From an uncultured Planctomycetaceae bacterium (GTDB taxonomy: Bacteria; Planctomycetota; Planctomycetia; Pirellulales; PALSA-1355): a stretch of 64,000 nucleotides of DNA. Each line of letters starts with the position of its first letter. The first letter of the stretch is position 1. The translations under genes and the position numbers were made by a program. The stretch is from NCBI GenBank assembly GCA_963785305.1, contig CAWAUV010000008.1, forward strand, positions 1,216,001-1,280,000. Reading direction: 5' to 3'. Below are positions 52,796 to 62,493 of this stretch, in pieces. The notes below the pieces were generated by a model. It worked only from the letters and a program-made list of their open reading frames with translations. It was not told where the DNA came from and searched no databases.

Positions 52796-53020
52796 GTTGG
52801 ATCCCCGGCATGTTACGAAGCTCGCGCGCCGCGGTCGCCGCCGCGCCATCGAACTGGCGCCGGTCGCTCTCGCGGGCGAATCACGAGACAATTCTAGCTT
52901 GCGATTGGCGTGGCGTCTGGCGCAAACTACGGCCGCGACAGAGCACGAGATCCTCGGGCGGTTCCGGCCAAAGCGTTAAATTCGGCGCCCGATGCGCCAC
53001 CAAATCGCGGCGAGGCTTGT

Positions 53021-53992
53021 TTATAGCGGCGGCGAGGTTCGCACGGGGTTCGTCGCCGGGCTCGCCGCTTGCGCCGCGCTCCAGCGGCGCGTTGCATCGG
53101 CCAGGGCCAAGAGCGCGTCGACATCGAGTTGCTCGGCTCGCGCGTCGGGCGGCGTGGCCAAGCGAACCAGCAGGTCGTCGGCTTGAAATTTCGACATCGG
53201 CGCGCCGCAGAGCGATTCGGCCACGCCCGGCAGCGTTCCACGAAGCGCTTTGCGTCGATGGCAAAACAGGGCTCGCGCAAACCGATGAAAGAACGCGCGA
53301 TCGGCGATCTTATCTCGCCGTTCGTGATCGAGAGTCAGTCGCACGATCGCCGAGGTGACCTTGGGCCGCGGCCAAAACGCCGTGGGCGGCAGCGCGCGCA
53401 ATTGTTTCACCTGACATTGGCACTGGACCCATGCGCTCAAGGCGCCGTATTGCTTGGTGCTCGGGCTGGCGGAGAGTCGATCGGCCATCTCTTTCTGAAT
53501 CGTCACGGTCATCGACTCCGGCGGCCGATCGAGCGCCAGAAGCGAACCGAGAATCGGCGTGGCCACATTGTAGGGCAGGTTGGCCACGAGCTTGTAACGC
53601 GCGAGCGAACGGGCCGCCAATTGATGTTCGACCGCTTCGATCACCGCGGGCGCGATTGCATGTTTGCTCTCGAGCGCGTCGAGCCCGAGCAGCGTGACAT
53701 TGTCGCGATCATGCAATTCCTCGCTGGCCAGTTGTCGCATTTCGGGATCGATTTCCACCGACACCACCGCGGCCGCGCGCTCGGCCAAGAGGCCGGTGAG
53801 CGAGCCGCAGCCGGCGCCGATCTCGAGCACGACATCATCGGCCGTGAGCTCGGCGGCGTCGACGATCATGCGCAGCAGGTTCAGGTCGATCAGGAAGTTC
53901 TGGCCGTGCTTGTGCTTGACCCGGATGCCCGCTTCGGCGAAGCGGCGCATGAGAAACGAAATCGACTGGCCACCGGAGCGTGATCGTTCCAT
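53021..53992 (-). CDS. rsmA: 16S rRNA adenine dimethyltransferase
   Basis: GQNFLID, VLEIGAG.GSLT, VEID, VANLPYNVATP, QKEMADRL, FWPRPKV.S, RAEQL. Confidence 0.95.
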   Translation of the reverse strand: MERSRSGGQSISFLMRRFAEAGIRVKHKHGQNFLIDLNLLRMIVDAAELTADDVVLEIGAGCGSLTGLLAERAAAVVSVEIDPEMRQLASEELHDRDNVTLLGLDALESKHAIAPAVIEAVEHQLAARSLARYKLVANLPYNVATPILGSLLALDRPPESMTVTIQKEMADRLSASPSTKQYGALSAWVQCQCQVKQLRALPPTAFWPRPKVTSAIVRLTLDHERRDKIADRAFFHRFARALFCHRRKALRGTLPGVAESLCGAPMSKFQADDLLVRLATPPDARAEQLDVDALLALADATRRWSAAQAASPATNPVRTSPPL

Positions 53993-53995
53993 GGT

Positions 53996-54631
53996 TTAGC
54001 TTCGCTCCCGGGAGTCGCGCGGGCCGAGCTCCCGCAAATGCATCCATTGGCGCTCGACATATTTGGCCAAGAGATCGGTTTCCAAATTCACGACGTCGCC
54101 CACGGCAAGCGCTCCCAGCGTGGTCGCGCCGAGCGTGTGCGGAATCAAGGCGACGCTGAATCGCTCGGCCTCGACATCCACCAGCGTGAGGCTCACGCCA
54201 TCGACCGTGATCGAGCCTTTGCTCGCCATGAGCCGAGTGAGCTCGCGAGGGCAGGCGAACCACAGCGTCGACCACTCGCCGCTATCCATACGTTCCGCGA
54301 GCGTGCCGGTGGCGTCGATGTGGCCGGTGCAGAGATGGCCGCCCAGGCGATCGCCCACCCGGAGCGAGAGCTCGTAGTTGACATGATCTCCCGTCGCCAG
54401 TCGGCCGAGATTTGTGCGCTTCAAGGTTTCGGGCCCGGCTTCGAAGGTGGCGCGTTCACCCTGGCGCGCGCCGTGGTGTTGGACCACCGTGAGGCAGCAT
54501 CCGGCCACGGCCACGCTATCGCCCAGGGCCACGTCGGCGAGTCCCGCCGCGGCGAGCGTGAGGCGCACCCCAGGCGGCGCCGCTTCGAGAGCGACCACTC
54601 GCGCCATGCCTTGCACCAAGCCGGTGAACAT
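53996..54631 (-). CDS. ribE: Riboflavin synthase alpha chain
   Basis: MFTGLV, GDSVAV.GCCLTV, ETL.RTNL, RLGGH..GHID, KGSITVDGVSLT, LIPHT, VNLETD. Confidence 0.95.
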   Translation of the reverse strand: MFTGLVQGMARVVALEAAPPGVRLTLAAAGLADVALGDSVAVAGCCLTVVQHHGARQGERATFEAGPETLKRTNLGRLATGDHVNYELSLRVGDRLGGHLCTGHIDATGTLAERMDSGEWSTLWFACPRELTRLMASKGSITVDGVSLTLVDVEAERFSVALIPHTLGATTLGALAVGDVVNLETDLLAKYVERQWMHLRELGPRDSRERS

Positions 54632-54663
54632 CGAAAACCATTTTCCCTGGCGGGCTCCAGGGC

Positions 54664-55536
54664 TTAGAACACGGGGTCTTGCCGCTCGCGGCGATAAGCC
54701 ACTCGGCGCCAGGCGAATCGCGCCGGCGCGAAGAGCACATAGAGCGAACCAATGATCGGCGCCGCATAGCCGCGAATCGAAAAAATCACGACCAGCGCGA
54801 ACACCAGCCCGACGAGGTGCCCGAAGCTGCGCTGTCCGCGAAACATTTGATTCACCAAATGCGGATAGGGAATGCGCGACACCATGAGGGCCGCCACCAT
54901 CAGGGCGAAGTAGGGCAAGATCCATTGGATATAGCGGTCGATTTCGGCGGCGTATTCGAGTTGATGTCCATCGCGGCGAAGCTCGTAAAACAGAATCGCG
55001 AAACCGGCGATCGAGGCCGCCGCGGCCGGCGAGGGCAAGCCGCTGAAATTCAAATGATCGTCTTCCTCGCCGGTCTCGACATTGAACCGCGCCAGCCGCA
55101 GCGCCGCGCAGGCCGCGAACGCCGCCGCGAACATCCACACCATGTCGCGATGCGAATACGTGAACTGGGGGCACATCTTGACCAGCAGGAAACCAGGCGC
55201 GACCCCAAACGTCACCACGTCGCACAAGCTATCGAGCTGCGCCCCGAAGTCGGTCGTCTGCTTGGCGAGCCGGGCCACGTGGCCATCGAGCGCGTCGAAG
55301 ATCATCGCCAAAAAAATCAGCCAGCCGCTGAGCATGCAATTGTGCGTGTCGTCGGTCGGGTCAAGCTGACGCATCACGCCAGCCGGATTGCGAAAGGCGA
55401 TATCGCCGGCGCGGGGAATCTCGGGCGAAGTCGGCGCATCGACTCGCGCCGCCACGACAATGGCAAAAAAGCCGCACACCAGATTGCCCAACGTGAACAT
55501 CGTGGGAAAGATCGCGACCGTGCGGATGCGTCTCAT
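54664..55536 (-). CDS. pssA: CDP-diacylglycerol--serine O-phosphatidyltransferase
   Basis: P..FTLGN..CGF, DALDGHVARL...FGAQLDSLCD..TFGVAP, LRLARFN, FSGLPSP; coupled to psd. Confidence 0.92.
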   Translation of the reverse strand: MRRIRTVAIFPTMFTLGNLVCGFFAIVVAARVDAPTSPEIPRAGDIAFRNPAGVMRQLDPTDDTHNCMLSGWLIFLAMIFDALDGHVARLAKQTTDFGAQLDSLCDVVTFGVAPGFLLVKMCPQFTYSHRDMVWMFAAAFAACAALRLARFNVETGEEDDHLNFSGLPSPAAAASIAGFAILFYELRRDGHQLEYAAEIDRYIQWILPYFALMVAALMVSRIPYPHLVNQMFRGQRSFGHLVGLVFALVVIFSIRGYAAPIIGSLYVLFAPARFAWRRVAYRRERQDPVF

Positions 55537-56549
55537 GGCCCCCCCTGGGCGGACGGAACGCCATGAGCATCATCGCATTCGCGACCCGACGCCTCATCAC
55601 GATAGCGAGCAAACGCCGTCTGGCCGCCTTGCACTTTTTGGCCCGTCCGCACAAGCACTTCCAGATCGTCGGTCGTGGGCAAAATCAACTCGGTGCGCGA
55701 GCCGAGCTTAATCATGCCAAACGGCGCCCCGCGCTCGATGACTTCACCCGGCCGCAACTGACACACAATCCGTCGGGCAATCAGACCCGCGATCTGGCGA
55801 ACGATCATCCGCCGCCGGGCGCCACCCTCTTGCTCCAGGCCGATCCACAGGTTTTCGTTGCGAATCGCGCTTTCGGGATTCATCGCATTCAAAAAATCGC
55901 CAGGCGAATAATGCAGCTTGAGCACGCGGGCTCGCGCGGGCGCCCGGTTCAAATGTACATTGAAGATCGAGAGGAAGATGCCGATTCGCGTGGCCGGTCC
56001 GCCTATGAACGGGTCGTGGTCGAGTCGCGTGATCTCGGCGATTGTTCCATCGGCCGGCGCCACCACGAGCCCCGGCCCCGTTGGAATTTCACGCCGCGGA
56101 TGCCGGAAGAACGAGAGCACGAAAAGGAACAGCACCCCGGGCACAATCCCCAGCGGCCACCAATACCAACCAAGTCCCGCGGCCGCGGCCAAGAGCGGCC
56201 AACCCATGATCTGCAACTCGGCCAATCCCCAACGGGCAAACGGCAGCCGGTCGCGCCAGCGAAACGGATCATCTTCCGGGCGCCAATCGCACTCGACCAG
56301 ATTGCGGCAATACTTCAAATCGCGCGGATCGAGAATCTCGTGCGGGGCGCCGGTCGTGTCGCCCTGGCGAAGTTCGGCCATGCGGCGCACATACGCGGGG
56401 CGAAAGCGGCGCAAGAACCAGCGGCGCCCGCGGCCCCAGGCCAGTTCGACGGAATAACAAAACCCGCCGCCCGGCTGCACGCCGCGGATATTGTCGGGCA
56501 GCGGCTCGATGCCATGGGGGGGGTCGACGACATGCTCGACATTGGTCAT
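55533..56549 (-). CDS. psd: Phosphatidylserine decarboxylase
   Basis: FFR.P, APADG, IFLSIFNVHLNR.P, RNE, QIAGLIARRIV, GMIKLGSRTEL (self-cleavage GS). Confidence 0.92.
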   Translation of the reverse strand: MTNVEHVVDPPHGIEPLPDNIRGVQPGGGFCYSVELAWGRGRRWFLRRFRPAYVRRMAELRQGDTTGAPHEILDPRDLKYCRNLVECDWRPEDDPFRWRDRLPFARWGLAELQIMGWPLLAAAAGLGWYWWPLGIVPGVLFLFVLSFFRHPRREIPTGPGLVVAPADGTIAEITRLDHDPFIGGPATRIGIFLSIFNVHLNRAPARARVLKLHYSPGDFLNAMNPESAIRNENLWIGLEQEGGARRRMIVRQIAGLIARRIVCQLRPGEVIERGAPFGMIKLGSRTELILPTTDDLEVLVRTGQKVQGGQTAFARYRDEASGRECDDAHGVPSAQGGP

Positions 56550-56754
56550 GAAAATCCTGAAGATCGAAGGATCGGCAAACGGCCGCTGAAAATCGCGGGC
56601 TCTGGGGGGCGGTTCATCGGCCTTTCATCGTAATGGGCCCAGAGCCAATTTAGAAGCCGCCGAAGGCCGATTCGCGCTGCCGCGAGGCGGGCTGGCGGGC
56701 GATGGGCCTCTTCGCGAGCCGCGCGGGGCCCGCGGGCTCTCCCCTCCGCCGGCT

Positions 56755-57870
56755 TCAGTGATGAATGCGCCGCACGGCGCCACCGCCGGCGCGGCGAGCC
56801 AAGCGGCGCATTTCCAACACCGTGAGCGTCGAGAGCACTTGCGAGACCTGCAGGCCGGTGGCGGCCACGAGCGAGTCGACCGTCGCGGCGTCGCCATCGG
56901 CGTCGATGGCCGCGAGCACCCGCTGTTCGCATTCGTTGAGCAGCAACTCGGCGGGATGATGCACGCCGCGGCCCGAGGCGTCGGCGGCCGGCGTCGCGAG
57001 CGGGCCAAGCTCTTCCAGCACATCGTCGGCGGTTTCGACCAGTTTGGCCCCATCGCGGATCAGGCGATGACAGCCATGCGACATGCGGCTATCGATCCGG
57101 CCGGGCACGGCAAATACTTCGCGATTCTGTTCGAGCGCCAGGCGCGCCGAAATGAGCGCGCCCGAGCCCAGACCCGCCTCGACCACGATCGTGCCGAGCG
57201 AGAGACCGCTGATGATGCGGTTGCGCTGCGGAAACGCGCCGGGCAATGGCGGGCTATGGGGTGGCGATTCGCTGATGAGCGCTCCCTGCCGCGAGACTTC
57301 GGCCGCGAGGTCGCGATGCTCGGGCGGATAGATCGAAAGCACGCCGCTGCCCAGCACCGCGAGCGTGCGTCCGCCGGCGGCGAGCGCGCCGCGATGGGCC
57401 GCGGCGTCGATGCCGCGCGCCAGACCGCTGACGATCGTGAAGCCCGCTCGCGCCAAGCTCCCGGCCAGGCGCTCCGCTTGCGCGAGTCCATAGCTTGTGG
57501 CATGGCGCGAACCGACGATGGCCATGGCGAGCGCGTCTTGCGGTTTCAATTCGCCGCGCACGAACAACACGCCCGGCGGATCGTGAATCTGGCGCAACAG
57601 CCGCGGGTAGGCGTCGTCGTCGGGCGTGAACAGCGTCACTTCATGCGCGCGGCAATCGGCAAGCAAGCCTTCGATATCGATCTCATCTCGGGCACGCGCC
57701 AATTGTCGGGCCAACTTGGGCCCTATTCCCGGCGCTTTGCGCAGGTCGCTAGGATCGGCGGCAAACACGCCGGTGGCCGTGCCGAAGCGTTCGAGCAGCA
57801 CTTGCCGCAGCCGAGGGCCGATGCCCGAAACCAGCGCTAGGCGAATTTGCTCTATCGATTCTGGGTGCAT
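56755..57870 (-). CDS. dprA: DNA-processing protein DprA
   Basis: YPRLL..I.DPP.VLF..G, IVGSR, VSGLARGIDAAAH, FPQRNRIISG, SGALISA, EVFAVPG, LIRDGA. Confidence 0.95.
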   Translation of the reverse strand: MHPESIEQIRLALVSGIGPRLRQVLLERFGTATGVFAADPSDLRKAPGIGPKLARQLARARDEIDIEGLLADCRAHEVTLFTPDDDAYPRLLRQIHDPPGVLFVRGELKPQDALAMAIVGSRHATSYGLAQAERLAGSLARAGFTIVSGLARGIDAAAHRGALAAGGRTLAVLGSGVLSIYPPEHRDLAAEVSRQGALISESPPHSPPLPGAFPQRNRIISGLSLGTIVVEAGLGSGALISARLALEQNREVFAVPGRIDSRMSHGCHRLIRDGAKLVETADDVLEELGPLATPAADASGRGVHHPAELLLNECEQRVLAAIDADGDAATVDSLVAATGLQVSQVLSTLTVLEMRRLARRAGGGAVRRIHH

Positions 57871-58610
57871 GATCGCGGCGACTTTTTCGGCGGCGATAAC
57901 GTTGAAGCGGCGTCTACAAGCAGAGAAATGTTTACTTTGGTTCCTCAAGAGGGCCGTGCGGTGGAAATATCATAGTGGGAAAATGAATGGCAAGCGATGC
58001 AATTGTCGATTCAGCGCCCATGAGCCAAGAGTTGCCTGGGGCAACGAGCATCGTGGAGGTCGCGCACATTGGCGAGTCATGGGAAGCCCGCACAATGCGG
58101 CTAGCCGCGAAAGTAAGGCGGTTGCCTTTTTGGCTGTGGCAAACCACGTTTGTCGCGGGGCAAAACCATCGATTCTTGGGCCTATTTGTGATGAAATCGA
58201 AGAATTCGGCAAAGGATTGCAATTATGGGAAAATTCCTACCTGTGTCCGTTTGACAAACCGCGTGCAAAAAATGTAGAACCCCTCTGGAGCGCTTTTCCG
58301 AAAACTAATTGAAGGGAGGGGCGATGACCACTCGGTCGTCTTCTACCGCCCCACGACAAGGTCTCGGTAATCCTGCCGCCCACCATCAAGACGATGGATT
58401 AAGCGGCGGCTGGCGTTGCAATGGCATGCCGAACAATCGGCGGCCGGCCGCATTCGCCGGAATTCGGAAAGAGCGTCACGAGCGGCGCATGTCCCGGCTT
58501 TGAGAAATTGCGAGCCGCGCGATGCCTCTAGAGACCGTGGATCGCGCGTCGGCGCCCGTGATTTGTCGTCCCTTGCATGGCGTGGCTGGATTCGAGAGGA
58601 ACCCGTTTTC

Positions 58611-59828
58611 ATGGCGTCCAGTGACCGAGGCCCATTGCCGGAAGATCACGCGGCGGGTGAATCGCCCCGCGCGGAGAATCCGCCCGCGGCCGAAGGCCCA
58701 GCCGAGCGAGAGTCCGCAGTCCGATCCCCCCTCGCTCCACGGATCTCCGAGCAACATTTCGCGCTCGCTTTCCGCTGCAGTCCGACGCCGCTGGTCATTA
58801 GCCGCGTCGCCGACGGACTCATCTACGAGGTCAACGAACGCTGGGAGAGTTTCACCGGATTCTCGCGGGCTGAATCCATCGGCCACACGACCGTCGAATT
58901 AAAGGTATACGCAGAAAGCGACGGACGCGATCGACTGGTTGAAGGCTTGCGGCGCGACGGCCGGGTGCGCGATCTCGAACTGATGCTCCGCACCGCGACC
59001 CATGAAACACATACCATTTTGCTCACCGCCGAGCCGATCGATCTCAACGGAGAAGCCTGCTTGCTCGCCTCGCTCCAAGATGTCACCGAGCAACGCGCTG
59101 CCGAAGCCCGTTCGCTCGAACACCTCGCCACGCTGGCCCACATGGAGCGCCTGGTCACCGTGGGCGAGTTGGCCGCGGGTCTCGCGCATGAGCTGAACCA
59201 GCCTCTGAGCTCGATTCGCATTCAGACCGATCTGGCCATCGCCGCGCTGCCCGCGCGGGCCGACACCGAATCGTCGCGCAAGGCGATGCTGTTGGTGATC
59301 GAACAAGCGCAGCGCGCGACTTCGATCATTCAAATGCTGCGCTCGTTGGTGCGCAAGGGCGAGCTGCGCCGGTCGACCGTCGATCTCAACGCCATGGTCG
59401 TGAGCACGTTGTCGCTCATCGAATCGGCCGCCCGGCAGCAGGGAGTCAGTCTCTCCCGGCGGCTATGCGGGGAGACGCCGCTCGTGCTCGGCGATCGTAT
59501 TCAGCTTTCGCAAGCGCTGCTCAATTTGCTCCACAACGCGCTGCAAGCGGTCGAAGGCCAGCCGCCCGCGCGACGCTGGGTGGAAGTAAGCACCGCGGCC
59601 GAGGATCAATACGTGCTCCTGACGGTGCATGATCGCGGCGTGGGCTTTCAGTCCGATGCGGCGGCCCGGCTGTTCGACGCATTTTTCACTACCCGGGGCG
59701 ACGGGCTGGGGCTCGGCCTCGCCATTAGCAAATCGATCATCGAAGCGCACCACGGCCAAATACGTGGAACCACGAACGACGAGGGAGGGGCCACGTTTGT
59801 CGTGGCCCTGCCGCGCATCGATCATTAA
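58611..59828 (+). CDS. PAS-domain sensor histidine kinase (FixL-like)
   Basis: PAS (VNERWESFTGFSRAESIG...DVTE), H-box LAHELNQPL, NLLHNA, DRGVG, FFTT, GLGLGLAI. Confidence 0.9.
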   Translation: MASSDRGPLPEDHAAGESPRAENPPAAEGPAERESAVRSPLAPRISEQHFALAFRCSPTPLVISRVADGLIYEVNERWESFTGFSRAESIGHTTVELKVYAESDGRDRLVEGLRRDGRVRDLELMLRTATHETHTILLTAEPIDLNGEACLLASLQDVTEQRAAEARSLEHLATLAHMERLVTVGELAAGLAHELNQPLSSIRIQTDLAIAALPARADTESSRKAMLLVIEQAQRATSIIQMLRSLVRKGELRRSTVDLNAMVVSTLSLIESAARQQGVSLSRRLCGETPLVLGDRIQLSQALLNLLHNALQAVEGQPPARRWVEVSTAAEDQYVLLTVHDRGVGFQSDAAARLFDAFFTTRGDGLGLGLAISKSIIEAHHGQIRGTTNDEGGATFVVALPRIDH

Positions 59829-59879
59829 TCGGCCTCGATCACAACTTATGATTTCGACACCATGTAGGAGACCCCGCGA

Positions 59880-60580
59880 ATGACGGACACACCCACGATC
59901 TTCGTGGTCGACGATGATCCCGCGATGCGAACTGCCCTGCAAGCGGCCGGTCAACATATGCATATCGCCGTGGAAACCTATCCCACGGCCATGACCTTTC
60001 TCGAGCAATTCGATATCGATCGGCCGGGCTGCGTGGTGCTCGATTTGAAAATGCCGGATCTCGACGGCCTGGAAGTCCAGCGCATTCTCCACGAGCGCGG
60101 AAGCTGCCTGCCGGTAATCATGATCAGCGGCCATGCCGACGTGCCCACCGTGGTCAATGCGATGCGGCAAGGCGCGCTCACGTTTCTTGAAAAGCCGTTT
60201 GGCCTGAATGAAATCAGCGCGCAAATCGGAGCGGCGCTCGAAATGGCGGCGCGGTGGCGCGAACGTTGGCTCCGCCGCCGCGATGCCCGCGAGCGACTCG
60301 CGCGACTTACCCCGCCCCAACGCGCCGTGTTCGACTTGCTCGCCTCGGGCCTGTCGAACAAACAGATCGCCGCCCAACTCAAGCTCAGCTTCGCGCGATC
60401 GAAGATCGTAAGGCGCGATTGATTCACGCGCTGCAGTTGAATTCGCTGGTGGAGCTGTTCGGGCTCGCCGCCGCCAGCGACGACGATCCGCTCCCTCCGC
60501 GCCATGATATTGCGCCCAAGCGGTTCACCTTGCGACCGCCCGCCGGCGCCGAAGGTGATCGCGGCGGGCAGGTCTGTTGA
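59880..60580 (+). CDS. FixJ-family response regulator (C-terminal frameshift)
   Basis: VVDDD, CVVLDLKMP..DGL, ISGH.DVP, FLEKP, LuxR HTH GLSNKQIA. Confidence 0.88.
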
Positions 60581-60620
60581 GCGCCGCGCGGCGCCGTCGC
60601 CAGGTCTCGACGGGTGGTAT

Positions 60621-60968
60621 TCAGTTCGGCGGCGATTTGCGCGAATCCGGCGGCAAGTCGAGCCGGCAGCATCCCAAATCGAGCGGCAGGCTCGCGTCGG
60701 CGCCCGGCGACACGCTCGCATGGAGGCGGTACACGACGAACCGCCCGTCTTTGCGAGCCTCGACCAGTTTCGCCGCCCGCAGCACCTGCAAATGATGCGA
60801 AACGTTGCTCATTTCGATGCCGAGCGCGTCGACGAGCTGGGTCACGTTTTTTTCGCCCCTCCGCAGCGCTTGCACAATTGCCAGCCGATCGGGGTCGCCG
60901 AGCGCGCGGAGCTTTTCGGCACAGAGATCGAACGGAAACTCGTGGCCCACGATGATCCTCGCTGGCAA
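60621..60968 (-). CDS. ArsR family transcriptional regulator
   Basis: CAEKLRALGDPDRL, VSHHLQVLR, GRFVVYRL, C-terminal LDLGCCRL. Confidence 0.88.
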   Translation of the reverse strand: MPARIIVGHEFPFDLCAEKLRALGDPDRLAIVQALRRGEKNVTQLVDALGIEMSNVSHHLQVLRAAKLVEARKDGRFVVYRLHASVSPGADASLPLDLGCCRLDLPPDSRKSPPN

Positions 60969-61130
60969 TGCCCCAGGCGCCTGTCAGCCGCGACGCCAAA
61001 GACGCGAATCCGCTCCGTCGCGCGACCTACGATGCAGTTTATCAGATTGGCGACCGCAATGCAGGCGCCGTATGAGCGATCACCGAGGGCGGCCGGGCTC
61101 TTCAGGGGGCCACTGGGCCGGGCTCCGGCA

Positions 61131-62454
61131 TCATGCCGCTTGGCTCGCGACCACATAGCGAAATTTGCCGCGCCAGCCGCTCCGGGTGAGCGCGGAGAAA
61201 TCGACGAATTCGACATCGACCGCCGTGTTCCACCACTGGCGAATCCGATGCGCCACCGCGTCGTGGCGCGCTGAATCGCGCATCACCAATCGCAACAGCA
61301 GCGGCCGATCGCCGCGCTGCTCGATCTGAAATTCATCGATGCCGCCGATCCGGTCCAGCAGGTCCTGCAGATAATGGGTCGGGTAGATTCGCGCGCCGAT
61401 CCGCACCAGATCATGCACGCGGCCCTCGACGCCACCCAAGAAGAACCCGTCGTCATTCGCGATCAGATTCGCCAAGTCGCCGGTGCGATAGCGCACCAGC
61501 GGCATCGCGTCGTTGAGCAATCCGGTCAGCACCAGTTCGGTCGAGCCGCTCTCGTGGTCGAGCGATTCGGGCCACGCGACGCCATCGAAAAGCTGCAAGC
61601 GTTCGTCGGGCTCGCTGAAGCGTTCGTAGGCCACGACTCCGAATTCCGCGTTGCCGAAACGATTGATCACCCGGCAGCCGAAGACCGTGCTGATCGTATC
61701 GCGTTTCTTGGCGTCGAGCGCTTCGCCGGTGGATTCGAAGACTTGAAAGGCGCCCTGGGCCGATGTTCCCGCGGCGCGCAGATGCACCGCCAAGGCGTAA
61801 AGCGTGGAGGGATGTGCCTGCACCAAATAGGGACGCGCGCGGCGTATCTCGCGCCGAACAGCGCTCGAGCGATTCGGGCTCGAAATCGGCTGAAAACAGG
61901 TTGGCCCGATTGAGCGCCAGGTTCTTGACGCGTTCCTTGAGCCGGTCGCGCCAGGGAAACTGTTCGGGAAAGCGGCTGGCGAAATGGAGTTCGGGCGAAG
62001 TCCGCCGCTTGCCGGCCCATTCCTGCGCCACGGCGTTGACCGCCGCGGTCCAGTCGAGCGCTTCGGCCGAATAGTAGATCGTGGCGCCCGGCCCGGTCGA
62101 GCCGCCGGTTTTGCGAGTGTGCAGCGAACTGGCCGGGAAGCGCTCGGAGCAGAGCCTGAGTTCTTCCTCGCGGATGATTTCCTTGGTCAGATACGGCAGC
62201 GCCTCGAGTTCGGCAAGATCATGGCGCACACGCTCGGGATCGAAGGCCAACCGCGCGAAGAGATCGCGATAGTAGGGCACATCGCGTCCGGCGGCCGAGA
62301 GCACGTCGGCCAATCGCTCTTGCCGTCGTCGCCGGCGCTGGGCGAAGGGCGCGGCCATGTCGGCGCGCAGCGACGCGGCTTTCGCGCGAATGTCGCGGCC
62401 CAGGTAACGTTCGGCCAGCGGATACAACACCAGGGCAGGCAATTGGCGGAGCAT
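61131..62454 (-). CDS. Phenylacetate-CoA ligase family protein (CapK-like; frameshifted)
   Basis: VPYYR, LPYLTK, TGGSTG, STGE, FGNAE, MPLVRYRTGD, EGR..D, FQIEQ, GKFR. Confidence 0.85.
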
Positions 62455-62493
62455 GAGAATCGACTCGCATTGGGGGCAGCGCGGAAACGAAAC

